Shown piece by piece: positions 44,345 to 55,328 of a DNA stretch of 64,000 nucleotides (position 1 is its first letter; the number at the start of each line of letters is the position of its first letter). Made by a program: the position numbers and the translations under genes. The stretch comes from an uncultured Spirochaetota bacterium (GTDB lineage Bacteria > Spirochaetota > Brevinematia > Brevinematales > JAOACQ01), in assembly GCA_963783575.1 (NCBI GenBank), contig CAWAOD010000005.1, positions 160,001-224,000 of the forward strand, given 5' to 3'. A model generated the notes under the pieces. The model saw only the letters and a list, made by a program, of their open reading frames with translations. It did no database searches and was not told the origin of the DNA.

Positions 44345-44699
44345 ATGAAAGAAAAAAAATGGATCGCTGTAAAAATAGAAAAGAGCTTTTTTATTGTACA
44401 TATAGTCACAAAAAGCGGGGTGCACAAAATCCAGAAAATATTCCTTGAAAAAAGACGGGATCGGTGAATTTATAAATGAACTGGATTTTGATACGGTTAT
44501 TAATATAGAAAAAAGCGATAACGCACAGAAACTTATAGAAAATATCAAAGGGCTGATAAAAGACTGTTTCGTGTTGAATAAAGTGGAATTGCTTGAATTC
44601 AACGGTTATTTTGATGAAAATAATATGGACTCGATATACGATATTGAAAGTATAACAGCTGATAATATTAAAGGGGAGAATCAGGAAAGTTTACGTTAA
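44345..44699 (+). CDS. Small protein, paralog of 62693-63046, with a +1 frameshift in an A-run near 44435
   Basis: 355 nt versus 354 nt for the intact copy. Same MKEKKWIAVKIEKSFFIVHIVTKSG start. Confidence 0.7.
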
Positions 44700-44719
44700 A
44701 TAAACATAAGGAGGAATAT

Positions 44720-46924
44720 ATGTTTAAGAAATTAACCCTTTGCGGGTTACTTGGAGCCCTGGTACTTGGCTTCATGATGTCCGGATGTTCTCTAAAGCCG
44801 GGTAGTGATACTGCCGCGAAAAAGCCGGCTGATAATTTAGGGAATGGGGCACTGGTTGAAAAGTCTATAGGCGGTTATGTATACGGCCAGCCTTATATCT
44901 CAACAGCGGCGCGTGATTATGATTTTACGGCCGATTATAACAAGTGGAAATCCACATATGTGACAAGTTCCGGCGCCAATGGAAATCTAAGGGTACAGAG
45001 AGACCTTTCTTCAGCTTATGATACCGTTTCCGAAGGCATAGGCTACGGAATGCTGCTTGCCGTTTATTTTGGCGACCAGGCGACATTTGACAAATTATAT
45101 AATTATTGTCAGGCGCATTTCATATCATCATCCATTCCGCTTATGCACTGGAAAGTGGACAGCAGCGGCAACAATGTAAGTGAATTCGCCGATTATAAAA
45201 TTGATCCTACAGGCATAGTTGTAACACTCTCTTATGGCATACCAGGATATCTGTACTCCGCAACCGCAAATGTTCCTCATGGTATTGTTTATGGTAATTT
45301 GAAAGACGGATCAATCTGGATATTACCGGAACCATCAACTACTTATGTTACAGCTGCGCAAAATTATCTTGATAACAGTTCGGATTATTACCCGATGGAC
45401 AAATTTACCAGAGGTTTAAGCAGCGCGGCCGATGCCGATCAGGACATTGCGGCCGCCTTATGTTTTGCGTGCAAAGTATGGCCTAATAATTCATTATTTT
45501 ATGGTAATCAAGCAAAAGCTATGATTACTGCCATTAAACAAAATGATTTCGGAAATCCGGCCGGAGGTAAAAACAATACTTATGGTAAATATGGCTTTAT
45601 AATGAACGGCAGTGGATGGGGAGGAAATACGGGATGGAATCCGAGTTATTTTGCCCCGGCGTATTATATTAATGTATTTGCCATGATGTGTCCCGATCAG
45701 TATGATTTTTGGACCAATGCATATAACACAATGTACGCTGAAATGAAAAAAATTTCTGATTATGTTTATTCTACCGGGAAATCGGCCGTTTTTTATCCTG
45801 ACTGGTGTAATACATCGTCCGGAAAACCTGTCCAGGCGACAACAATGAGCGACAGATATTATTACAATAATGGAACCGCCGGAACCGGTCCGTCTATGAT
45901 ATATCCCCAGAGCGCGATGTGGACAACGGGAACAAAAAAGGGAGATTATACTAAATCATGTATGAGTTTTAACCAGTACTATGATGGTATAAGAGTGCCG
46001 TGGAGAATAGCTTTAGATGTCGCCTGGGATATGACGGGCGCTTCTCAAACTGGTAATACCTGGGCACAAGGTTGCTTACTCAGTTCATATAAGGCGTATA
46101 AACCCATATTATCAACAATTGTGGATGGTTATCAAATTACCGGAGATCCATGGAATTGGGATTATAGGGACGGGTTCAATAATTCAGTGGGCGGAAAAGC
46201 GCATTCAACGACGTTTATAGCCATGGGCGCATGCGCTTTAATAGGAGTGCCTGGTGTCGATATGTCAAGCCATTGGAATGAGGTTGTGAATGCGAATGAT
46301 TATGGCAACGCCGACTATAATTATTATGGAAACACATTAAGACTGCTTTCCATGCTGTTTTTGTCCGGCAAGTTCGAGAATCTTTACAATTCCCCGCCTC
46401 CTTCGGGAACTATAGTGAGAATCAGAAATTACTGGAAGGGAACCTATATGAATATCGAACATACAATACCCCATATTGTAGAATGCAGCAGTATCAGTTC
46501 AGATTGGACCAGTGCAAAATGGATCATTCAAAGAACCAGCGACGGTTATTATACATTTGCAATGTGTTGGTCACCGCCGGCACCGAATAATTATAAAATT
46601 TATCTTCATGAGGAAGATAATAATGCGGTAACTGCCGAATGGGATAAACCAACCACCGGTAATAATATTGGTGTTGTTCCTAACACGGGCTGGTGGAGTT
46701 CGCAATGGATACTGGAACAGACGGATGCAGCGGGTTATTATAGATTTAAGAACCGCTGGACAGGCACTTATCTTTACATTGAACATCAATATCCTACTGG
46801 TAAAACGGGTAATAATGGTGATAATTCAGTAGAAGTAGAAAATGGGAATGCTTGTTCTTCCCAACCGCTCTATGGCAATTCTTGCTGGTTTAGCTCCAGA
46901 TGGGGATTTGAAATAGTCCAGTAA
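44720..46924 (+). CDS. GH8 glycoside hydrolase lipoprotein with a C-terminal beta-trefoil/ricin-like domain
   Basis: TVSEGIGYGML, SAADADQDIA, NPSYFAPA and YYDGIRVPWR GH8 motifs. MSGC lipobox. C-terminal repeats RIRNYWKGTY / RFKNRWTGTY. Confidence 0.88.
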   Translation: MFKKLTLCGLLGALVLGFMMSGCSLKPGSDTAAKKPADNLGNGALVEKSIGGYVYGQPYISTAARDYDFTADYNKWKSTYVTSSGANGNLRVQRDLSSAYDTVSEGIGYGMLLAVYFGDQATFDKLYNYCQAHFISSSIPLMHWKVDSSGNNVSEFADYKIDPTGIVVTLSYGIPGYLYSATANVPHGIVYGNLKDGSIWILPEPSTTYVTAAQNYLDNSSDYYPMDKFTRGLSSAADADQDIAAALCFACKVWPNNSLFYGNQAKAMITAIKQNDFGNPAGGKNNTYGKYGFIMNGSGWGGNTGWNPSYFAPAYYINVFAMMCPDQYDFWTNAYNTMYAEMKKISDYVYSTGKSAVFYPDWCNTSSGKPVQATTMSDRYYYNNGTAGTGPSMIYPQSAMWTTGTKKGDYTKSCMSFNQYYDGIRVPWRIALDVAWDMTGASQTGNTWAQGCLLSSYKAYKPILSTIVDGYQITGDPWNWDYRDGFNNSVGGKAHSTTFIAMGACALIGVPGVDMSSHWNEVVNANDYGNADYNYYGNTLRLLSMLFLSGKFENLYNSPPPSGTIVRIRNYWKGTYMNIEHTIPHIVECSSISSDWTSAKWIIQRTSDGYYTFAMCWSPPAPNNYKIYLHEEDNNAVTAEWDKPTTGNNIGVVPNTGWWSSQWILEQTDAAGYYRFKNRWTGTYLYIEHQYPTGKTGNNGDNSVEVENGNACSSQPLYGNSCWFSSRWGFEIVQ

Positions 46925-46943
46925 TCAAATTTCAAACCAGTTT

Positions 46944-46979
46944 AACCCTGATGATGTTTTATTCATCAGGGTTTTTTTT
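46944..46979 (+). terminator. Rho-independent terminator
   Basis: AACCCTGATGA..TCATCAGGGTT followed by a T-run. Confidence 0.8.
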
Positions 46980-47112
46980 GGGGTGGCGTTTTATACAGGT
47001 TTTTTTTGTATTTTTATTGTAATTTTTCCTGCCTACGATTATAATTCTTCCTATCAGTTATCAATTTGCCTGTTCTAAATATTAATTAATTGGAAGCCAT
47101 CAAGGAGGATTT

Positions 47113-47889
47113 CTGGATATTGAAATCTTGAAGAAGATCCCTTCTTCTGCCTCCCATTCAAACCCGGTTTTGTTCGTACATGGAATGTGGCATGCAGCCT
47201 GGTGCTGGGAAGAGCACTTCCTGGATTATTTTGCCCGGCATGGTTATGAAGCTTATGCTCTCAGCATGAGAGGACATGGGGCAAGCGGCTGCGATAAAAT
47301 CATTCGCCGTATTACCCTTGCCGATTATGTATCCGACATTGATCAAGTTGTGAAACAACTAAAAAAACCTCCGTTTCTGGTAGGTCATTCAATGGGAGGA
47401 ATGATAATCCAGAAATACCTGGAAACACATCAAGTACCGGCGGCAGTTATGCTTGCATCTATTCCGCCAAATGGCCTCATCCCGGCCACGTTGAGGACCT
47501 TTCTTAAACATCCTTTGAAAATTATGCAAATTAATCTGAAATTAAGCACTTTCCCGATTATTAGTACGCCCCGGTTGACACGGGAAGCGTTTTTTTCCAG
47601 CATTATGCCTGAAGAAATGGTTATAAATTATTTTTCCCGGATGCAGGATGAATCATACCATGCATATTGGGATATGATGGTTTTTAACTTACCCCGTGTG
47701 AGGCTGGTTAAAACACCGATGCTGGTATTAGGCGCCGAAAATGACAGTCTGATTACCAAACGAGAAGTTGAAAATACCGCTAAAACATATGGCGTAAAAG
47801 CCGAGTTTTTTCCATCGGCTCACGACATGATGCTTGAGCCCGCCTGGGAAAGTGTTGCTGAACTGATATTAAATTTCTTCGAATCCTGA
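47113..47889 (+). CDS. Alpha/beta hydrolase, copy 1 (start codon changed from ATG to CTG)
   Basis: FVHGMWH, GHSMGG and HDMML motifs. Same length as copy 2. Confidence 0.8.
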   Translation: MDIEILKKIPSSASHSNPVLFVHGMWHAAWCWEEHFLDYFARHGYEAYALSMRGHGASGCDKIIRRITLADYVSDIDQVVKQLKKPPFLVGHSMGGMIIQKYLETHQVPAAVMLASIPPNGLIPATLRTFLKHPLKIMQINLKLSTFPIISTPRLTREAFFSSIMPEEMVINYFSRMQDESYHAYWDMMVFNLPRVRLVKTPMLVLGAENDSLITKREVENTAKTYGVKAEFFPSAHDMMLEPAWESVAELILNFFES

Positions 47890-48033
47890 CATCGGAATAC
47901 TTAAAATCCTAAAGTCCGATTTACCAAGAATGGTAGCAAGGATAAGATTACCTCATTATTGAAAGAGAGAGACAAAAAGAAGCCGTTTTAAGCGGACTAC
48001 CCTGAATGATAAGATAAAATTTCTTAATATAAA

Positions 48034-48374
48034 ATGAACAAATCCATATCACTCCCAAAACCAGAAACATTGTGCAGGATATTCTCAAAGACTATTTTCC
48101 TGCCTTCGAGGCAGCTTATGATACATATTATTCCGCTCATTACGGAAAATTCAACATGGAGCGGATTTCCGAATCAGTAGAAAAATTTATCGATTGCGGC
48201 GACTACAGCAAAGGCATTGCGCGAATCCAGTGCACAAACAAGGACTGTGATCACGAATACTTCCTGCCATTTTGGTTTCGACAGGCTCACCACAAGTACT
48301 GCAAGCAATGGTATCTCTGTCCATCTTGTCACCAGAAGCGACTTACCGGGAAAGGTTTGTTGACAGGAAAATAA
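48034..48374 (+). pseudogene. IS91-type transposase zinc-binding domain fragment
   Basis: KFIDCGD..G.ARIQC..C.HEYF.PF..CK..LCPSC..KR, then truncated. Frameshift near the start. Confidence 0.7.
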
Positions 48375-48839
48375 AGTCGATTTTTTGCAGTTTTATTTTC
48401 CCCAATGTACAATATCTCGCTGTAGGAATTATAAATTCTTCTATCAGTCATTTTTTATTTTTTGCGCTATTCTACAAATAAAATGCAGAAATTTACTATA
48501 CTGATTAAGTCATTTAAACCTAAAATCTATACACATTCTTTTATAAAAGAGTTAATAACAGAGAAGAAGAACTATATTAAGTAACATAAGATTATAAATA
48601 AATATTATTATAATACTCAATCTATAAAATTCTACCACGGATTTAATGGCCGGAGGGTCAAAAGTTTAATAATATAAATATTATTAAATATTTTCAGTTT
48701 TCTTTGTCCCAATGTACAATATTTCGTGTTAGAAATTATAATTCTTCCTATCAGTTATCAATTTGCCTCTTCTAAAATATCAATTTAATAGAAATTAATA
48801 ATTATTGGATATAAAAATTAATGCTTTCAAGGAGGATTT

Positions 48840-49616
48840 ATGGATATTGAAATCTTGAAGAAGATCCCTTCTTCTGCCTCCCATTCAAACCCGGTTTTGT
48901 TCGTACATGGAATGTGGCATGCAGCCTGGTGCTGGGAAGAGCACTTCCTGGATTATTTTGCCCGGCATGGTTATGAAGCTTATGCTCTCAGCATGAGAGG
49001 ACATGGGGCAAGCGGCTGCGATAAAATCATTCGCCGTATTACCCTTGCCGATTATGTATCCGATATTGATCAAGTTGTGAAACAACTAAAAAAGCCTCCG
49101 TTTCTGGTAGGTCATTCAATGGGAGGAATGATAATTCAGAAATACCTGGAAACACATCAAGTACCGGCGGCAGTTATGCTTGCATCTATTCCGCCAAATG
49201 GCCTCATCCCGGCCACGTTGAGGACCTTTCTTAAACATCCTTTGAAAATTATGCAAATTAATCTGAAATTAAGCACTTTCCCGATTATTAGTACGCCCCG
49301 GTTGACACGGGAAGCGTTTTTTTCCAGCATTATGCCTGAAGAAATGGTTATAAATTATTTTTCCCGGATGCAGGATGAATCATACCATGCATATTGGGAT
49401 ATGATGGTTTTTAACTTACCCCGTGTGAGGCTGGTTAAAACACCGATGCTGGTATTAGGCGCCGAAAATGACAGTCTGATTACCAAACGAGAAGTTGAAA
49501 AAACCGCTAAAACATATGGCGTAAAAGCCGAGTTTTTTCCATCTTCTCACGACATGATGCTTGAGCCCGCCTGGGAAAGTGTTGCTGAACGGATATTAAA
49601 TTTCTTCGAATCCTGA
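48840..49616 (+). CDS. Alpha/beta hydrolase, copy 2
   Basis: GHSMGG nucleophile motif. AGGAGG RBS. Confidence 0.88.
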   Translation: MDIEILKKIPSSASHSNPVLFVHGMWHAAWCWEEHFLDYFARHGYEAYALSMRGHGASGCDKIIRRITLADYVSDIDQVVKQLKKPPFLVGHSMGGMIIQKYLETHQVPAAVMLASIPPNGLIPATLRTFLKHPLKIMQINLKLSTFPIISTPRLTREAFFSSIMPEEMVINYFSRMQDESYHAYWDMMVFNLPRVRLVKTPMLVLGAENDSLITKREVEKTAKTYGVKAEFFPSSHDMMLEPAWESVAERILNFFES

Positions 49617-49690
49617 CATCGGAATACTTAAAATCCTAAAGTCCGATTTACCAAGAATGGTAGCAATATATAGATCAAAGGAAAAATAAA

Positions 49691-52600
49691 ATGATAAATA
49701 ATCGTTATGAGATTGTCAGGCAGATCGATGAAGGGGGGATATCGAAGGTATACCTGGCGAGGGATATTGAGACGAAGGGCGAGGTAGTGGTCAGGACACT
49801 GAAGAAGGAAATAATATCAAGCCGGATAGAAGATATCATCCGTTTCCGGAATGAAGCTGCGATATTATCCCGGCTGGACCATCCGAATATTGTCAAGTTA
49901 TATGAAACCGCTGAATTTGAAGGACAGAATTATATAGTAATGGAGTATATTCCCGGGGAAAGTTTGTATAAAATCATTAAAAGCGGGAAAAAGTTTCTGG
50001 AGAGAGAAATAATAGAAATGACGATCCAGATATGCAGTTCTCTGGATTATATACACCCGATGAGCATAATTCATAGGGATTTGAAGCCTGGCAATATTAT
50101 GGTGCATACCGATATGAAAGGTGAGCTTCATATTAAAACTATTGATTTTGGCCTGGCATTTTTAAAGGAATACTCCTCAATAAAAGGCATAGAAGATATA
50201 GCCGGGACCTTCTGTTACATGCCGCCGGAACAGTTCGGGGTCATCAGTGGAGGCGTGGACGAGAGGAGCGACCTATACTCGCTGGGGATTATCTTATACC
50301 AGCTGTTAACGGGGGTCCTGCCTTTTGAGGGAGAAACCCCGGGCTCCATTATCCACAGGCAGATCGCGATGATTCCGGAGACCCCCTCTCATTATAATAA
50401 ATCCATATCGGAAACTCTTGATAAAATCGTATTGAAGCTCCTGGAGAAGGAGCCGGACAGGCGTTACCAATCGGCGAAAGGCCTGCTCTTCGACCTGGAA
50501 AAGTACAAAAAAGGGGAGCGGAATTTCCATCCGGGAATGCATGACAAGCATATAAAATTGACATTTAAAACGGGGCTGATATCGCGGGAGGAAGAATTCA
50601 GCGCCATAAAGGAATTATACGATAAAGCCCGGAAAGGTGAGGGGAGTGTCTGTTTTATCAGCGGGGAAGCGGGGAAAGGTAAGACCAGGCTGGCTGAAGA
50701 GTTGAGGAGCCATGTCTATACTGAAGGCGGCGTTTTTATAGATGGGAAATGCTTTGCCGGGAAGAGCAAGACGCCATACGGTCCATTTAAGGACGCCCTC
50801 AACATTTATTTAAAGATATACCAGGGTTATCAGGAAGAAAAAAAGCAGGATATCAAGAATAAGTTAAACGAGATGACGGGTGATCTCTGCGGCCTGATCC
50901 TGCAGCTTAACCCGTCATTTTCAGTGATTTTTAATAAAAGACCGGAATTGGTAAGGCTTGAGATTGACAGGGAAAAGAAGAGATTTTTAATGGTTGTGGG
51001 GCAATTTTTCCTGAATCTCAGCAGTGTTGACAATAAGATGGTCATATTCCTTGATGATTTACAGTGGGCGGATGAAGGCAGCATGGACCTGTTAACCGAA
51101 ATATCGGGGGAATTGAGTAAATATCCGCTATTCATCATCGGGACATACCGCAATGATGAAATAAGTTCGGACCATAAGCTTATCTCATATAAAGAAAAAG
51201 CCGCAATAAATCAATATCCCTATCATGAAATATACCTTGAAGAGTTTAGCAGGGTGGTTGTCAAGAAATTAGTTATCTCATTACTTTACGCGAAGGTGGA
51301 GAATATAGAAGAGATATCTGATGTGATCCATAAGAAGAGTAAGGGGAACCCGTTCTTTGCGATAGAGATCCTCAAACAGTTCGTGAGTGAGAATATCTTA
51401 TACTATAAAGAGAATTCCTGGGTAATTGACGCTGGCAAACTGAGGGGAGTGGAGATAGCGTCGACGATAGTTGATATAGTGATGAAGAGAATATCACTGT
51501 TAAGTGATGAGGAAACGAAGGTCCTTTCCTATGCTGCGGTGATAGGAAGAAGGTTTGACGCCGGGATATTGTTCCGCCTGCTGGACTATGAAGCGCCGGA
51601 GATCATCCGGATAGTGGACCGGGCGATCAAGCTGCAGCTCCTGGAGGAAGACATACAGGAAAAAGGGAAGATATTATTTGCGCATGACCGGATCAAAGAG
51701 GCTTTTTATAAAAAGTGCGGGGAGGGAGAGAGAAAACTGCTGCACAGGCGGATAGGCAAAACGATAGAGGAGATGAACAGGGGTGATAAAGAGAAAGTGA
51801 TCTTTGATCTGGCATATCATTATATAGAGGGTGAAGAAGAAGAAAAGATTCTGGAATACGCTTACCCCGCCGGGATCAAAGCGAAAGAAAATTACGCGTA
51901 TGAAGAAGCGATAAGGTGTTTCTCATTCATAAACAGAATAACGGAAGGAAAAGGAGAGGAAGGTAAGGAACTATGGATAAATACGAACAGGAATATCATT
52001 GAAATCTACCTGGTAATCGGAAAAAATGATGAGGCAATAGAAATCAGCGGTAAAATATTACCATTCATCGAGGATAAGTTAAACAAAGCGAATATATGTA
52101 AGCAAATCAGCGCAGCTTATTTTAAAAAAGGAGACTGGAAGAACTGCGAAGAATACGGGAGAAAAGGTTTATCATTGCTGGGAGAAAAGCTGCCAGTTGA
52201 AAATATCGCAATAATATTTAGAATCATAAATGAGCTCTTAAAGCATATTTTACATCAATTATTTCCAAAATTATTTATAAAAAATAAAGGGGATCGTGAT
52301 ATTGAAAAATATAAATTAATCGTGTGGTTTTATATAACATTAAACTGGATGTATATATTAAACGACAACGTCAAAATGATAGGAAATCAATTGAGGATGT
52401 TAAATATTTCCGAAAGCAGGATCGGTAAATCACGAGAGCTTGGAATGAGTATGGGAGCATATGCCGGAGTATGTATGGCAATCCCGCTATTTAACCGTTC
52501 AATCGAGTTTCATGAAAAAGCCCTTCAGTTGAGAAAAGAGATGAACGATCAATGGGGTATTGCGCAGTCCTTACAATTGCTCGGATATTGTTATCACTGG

Positions 52601-55099
52601 AAAGGGGATTATAAGAAGAGCAATTATTATTTTTTAGAAAGTTATGACAAATTCAAAAAAATGGGCGATTTATGGGAAGTTAAAATGGTTTTACAGGGGA
52701 TGGATTTGAATTATTTATTATTATCTGATCATACTAAAAGCCTTGAATTAATCGATCAATACCTGAAAATAAGTGAACAGTTAAATGATAATTATGGAAT
52801 ATGCAGCGCCATGAGCGACTACGCTTTAGTCAATTATCAAAGAGGGAATTACGATCAGGCGATGAAATACGCCGAAAAGTCATTGATCATATCAGAAGAA
52901 AATAAAATATTATTAATCGATTGTCTCGTAAATATTTATTTGGGGATTATATTCAATGAATTTGGTGATTATAAAAAAAGCATTGAATACCTTTCAAGCG
53001 CATATAAGTTATATGAGAATAATAACCTGCTGGAATATTACACGGTTTTTATGTATTCATATCTTGCGGAAGCATATTTAATCGAATTTATCAATTTGTA
53101 TCCTCATAAAATCAAAGGCAGGAAAAAAGAGCTAAATAAGATAAAAAAAGCCTGTGCAAAGGCCCTATTAAAAACCAGGCCATGGAAAGCCCATTTCAGT
53201 GAAGCGTTGCGGATTAGTGCCAGGTATTACAGCTTTATCGGTAAAACAAAAAAAGCCGAGCATTTGCTTTTACAGAGTATAAGCATAAACTCCAAATTGG
53301 GAAAACCATTTGATCTTGCATTGGGGTATTATGAGTATGGTAAGTTTTTAAAAGAAACGGGAAGGATTGAGGAAGCAAAAAAGCGTCTTGAGTCCTCCTT
53401 TATTATATTGAAAGAGTTAGACTCTAAAGTCTACTTGAAGAGAGTATCGGATATGCTCGGAATAAATGAAAAAGAGGAGAAGGATGATATGGATTCTATT
53501 CAAAAGTTTAAGTACAGGGAAAGATTATCATCCATAATAAAAGTCAGCCAGACAATCAGTTCGATACTCAACCTGGACCTTCTGCTGAAAAATATTGTCA
53601 CACTGGCCATGGAAATTACCGGTGCCCAGAGGGGTTATCTTTTCATAAAAGACGAGGTTTCAGGGGAACTTGTCCTGAAAGTTAAGAAATTCATAAACGA
53701 GGGGAAAAGCGATTCCAGGCCGTCTGTTTTATATTCCGGAAATATCGTTAAAGCAGTTTTTAAAACCGGGGAGGCTGTTCTCTTAAACGACGCAGAACAG
53801 GATACCGATTACTCAAAATATGATAGTGTAGTCCTGCACAGGCTGAAATCCATTCTCTGTGTTCCCATTAAACATCAAAACACGATCCTGGGAGCATGCT
53901 ATTTTGATAACCCGCTTTCCTCATCAGTTTTTTCCGCTGAAGATCAAGAAATCCTGGAAGCCATAATGACGCAGGCCGCCATATCCATAGAAAACGCCAG
54001 ACTTTATGAGATAACGAAAATAATGAAAGAGAAAGCCGAGAATGAAGTGGAAAAACTAACCATTCATATTTTACAGAAGCAGGAAAAACAGCTTGACGAA
54101 AAAAGCTCCCTGGTCTATCAGAGCCCCCAGATGCAGGAGGTTGTCGGTAAGGTCAGCCAGGCCGTAAAAATATCCAGACCGATTTTGATCACTGGCGAAA
54201 CAGGCACGGGGAAGGAGCTTATAGCCAAACTTATTCATAACTCGAGTAACCATCAAGACGAGCCTTTTATAGCTATAAACTGTGCCGCTATACCTGAAGC
54301 CCTCTGGGAGGCGGAAATGTTCGGGCATATGAAGGGGGCCTTTACCGATGCAAAAACCGGCCGGGAAGGCAGCATCGCCACCGCCGGGCAGGGCACACTG
54401 TTTTTTGACGAGATAGGGAACATGCCCCTGGACATACAATCCAAGCTTCTACGGCTGCTCCAGGATAATCAATACAGGCCGATAGGCAGCAATAGAGCGC
54501 TGAATTCAAAATGCCGTTTTCTTTTTGCAACAAACGGGGAAGTGGAAGAAATGATTAAAAAGGGGACATTCAGGGAAGATCTTTACTACAGGATCAATGT
54601 CTTTAATATTCATATACCGCCGTTAAGGGAAAGGAAGGAAGATATCCCCGTCTTGCTGGATTATTTTATTGAAAAATTTGTGCGGGAATTCAGCCTGCCG
54701 GAAAACCTGGAAGTAGAAAAGAAAGCAATGGATAAGATTATTAATTACAGTTGGCCCGGAAATGTCAGGGAAATGGAAAACTTTGTCATCCGCGCGCTGG
54801 CGCTTTTATCCGAATCGGAGGGAAACAGGAGCGTTTTGAAATTAATGCACCTGCCTTCCAATATCGATACCTTTATTGAGCCGGTTAAAACATTACAAGA
54901 AGAGAAAGAAAAGATTGTAAAAGAGGAAATCGTCGTAGATGGTAATTATGAAGATATACTCAATCAGCATTCAAAGAAAATGATCGAATGGGCCCTTAAT
55001 AAATCAAAGGGCAATATAAAGAAAGCGGCCGAAATACTGGGTATAAAGCGAACGACTCTGAATTATAAAGTCAAAGAACTTAAAATAGATATAGAGTAA
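49691..55099 (+). CDS. Ser/Thr kinase-NTPase (AAA_16/STAND-like)-TPR-GAF-sigma54 activator-HTH fusion, copy 2, intact 1802 aa
   Basis: HRDLKPGN, DFG and GT..YMPPE (kinase). GEAGKGKT, FLDDLQWAD and KGNPFF (NTPase). TPR-like helices. GAF (SILCVPI). GETGTGKE, FGHMKGAFTDA, FFDEIG, FREDLYYR and WPGNVRE (sigma54 AAA+). AAEILGIKRTTL (HTH). Confidence 0.93.
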   Translation: MINNRYEIVRQIDEGGISKVYLARDIETKGEVVVRTLKKEIISSRIEDIIRFRNEAAILSRLDHPNIVKLYETAEFEGQNYIVMEYIPGESLYKIIKSGKKFLEREIIEMTIQICSSLDYIHPMSIIHRDLKPGNIMVHTDMKGELHIKTIDFGLAFLKEYSSIKGIEDIAGTFCYMPPEQFGVISGGVDERSDLYSLGIILYQLLTGVLPFEGETPGSIIHRQIAMIPETPSHYNKSISETLDKIVLKLLEKEPDRRYQSAKGLLFDLEKYKKGERNFHPGMHDKHIKLTFKTGLISREEEFSAIKELYDKARKGEGSVCFISGEAGKGKTRLAEELRSHVYTEGGVFIDGKCFAGKSKTPYGPFKDALNIYLKIYQGYQEEKKQDIKNKLNEMTGDLCGLILQLNPSFSVIFNKRPELVRLEIDREKKRFLMVVGQFFLNLSSVDNKMVIFLDDLQWADEGSMDLLTEISGELSKYPLFIIGTYRNDEISSDHKLISYKEKAAINQYPYHEIYLEEFSRVVVKKLVISLLYAKVENIEEISDVIHKKSKGNPFFAIEILKQFVSENILYYKENSWVIDAGKLRGVEIASTIVDIVMKRISLLSDEETKVLSYAAVIGRRFDAGILFRLLDYEAPEIIRIVDRAIKLQLLEEDIQEKGKILFAHDRIKEAFYKKCGEGERKLLHRRIGKTIEEMNRGDKEKVIFDLAYHYIEGEEEEKILEYAYPAGIKAKENYAYEEAIRCFSFINRITEGKGEEGKELWINTNRNIIEIYLVIGKNDEAIEISGKILPFIEDKLNKANICKQISAAYFKKGDWKNCEEYGRKGLSLLGEKLPVENIAIIFRIINELLKHILHQLFPKLFIKNKGDRDIEKYKLIVWFYITLNWMYILNDNVKMIGNQLRMLNISESRIGKSRELGMSMGAYAGVCMAIPLFNRSIEFHEKALQLRKEMNDQWGIAQSLQLLGYCYHWKGDYKKSNYYFLESYDKFKKMGDLWEVKMVLQGMDLNYLLLSDHTKSLELIDQYLKISEQLNDNYGICSAMSDYALVNYQRGNYDQAMKYAEKSLIISEENKILLIDCLVNIYLGIIFNEFGDYKKSIEYLSSAYKLYENNNLLEYYTVFMYSYLAEAYLIEFINLYPHKIKGRKKELNKIKKACAKALLKTRPWKAHFSEALRISARYYSFIGKTKKAEHLLLQSISINSKLGKPFDLALGYYEYGKFLKETGRIEEAKKRLESSFIILKELDSKVYLKRVSDMLGINEKEEKDDMDSIQKFKYRERLSSIIKVSQTISSILNLDLLLKNIVTLAMEITGAQRGYLFIKDEVSGELVLKVKKFINEGKSDSRPSVLYSGNIVKAVFKTGEAVLLNDAEQDTDYSKYDSVVLHRLKSILCVPIKHQNTILGACYFDNPLSSSVFSAEDQEILEAIMTQAAISIENARLYEITKIMKEKAENEVEKLTIHILQKQEKQLDEKSSLVYQSPQMQEVVGKVSQAVKISRPILITGETGTGKELIAKLIHNSSNHQDEPFIAINCAAIPEALWEAEMFGHMKGAFTDAKTGREGSIATAGQGTLFFDEIGNMPLDIQSKLLRLLQDNQYRPIGSNRALNSKCRFLFATNGEVEEMIKKGTFREDLYYRINVFNIHIPPLRERKEDIPVLLDYFIEKFVREFSLPENLEVEKKAMDKIINYSWPGNVREMENFVIRALALLSESEGNRSVLKLMHLPSNIDTFIEPVKTLQEEKEKIVKEEIVVDGNYEDILNQHSKKMIEWALNKSKGNIKKAAEILGIKRTTLNYKVKELKIDIE

Positions 55100-55145
55100 A
55101 CCTTTCAAAAAAACCTTAATCACCCGGTGATATTATTTTGTCATA

Positions 55146-55328
55146 GACAAAATTCAGTCACTTTTAAGACAAATTTTTGTCTCTTTTCGTCTTATTTGAA
55201 ACGGCCGCATAATTGTAAATAAATCTTTATTTAACATATTTAATCCATTAAATTATATATAGCAAGGAATTATCTCATTCTGCATATTCAAATCACAATT
55301 CCGGACCCCATCCTGGCATATAGTTTGC
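55146..55328 (+). promoter_or_regulatory. Cassette 4: paired palindromes GACAAAATTCAGTC / GACAAATTTTTGTC plus sigma54 promoter TGGCATATAGTTTGC (55314-55328)
   Basis: Same promoter-proximal block as cassettes 1-3 but a different upstream palindrome variant. Confidence 0.8.

Larger units (their letters stand above)
47100..49666 (+). repeat. 840-bp near-identical direct repeat (47100-47939 and 48827-49666)
   Basis: Both copies carry the same hydrolase gene with only a few substitutions. Confidence 0.9.
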
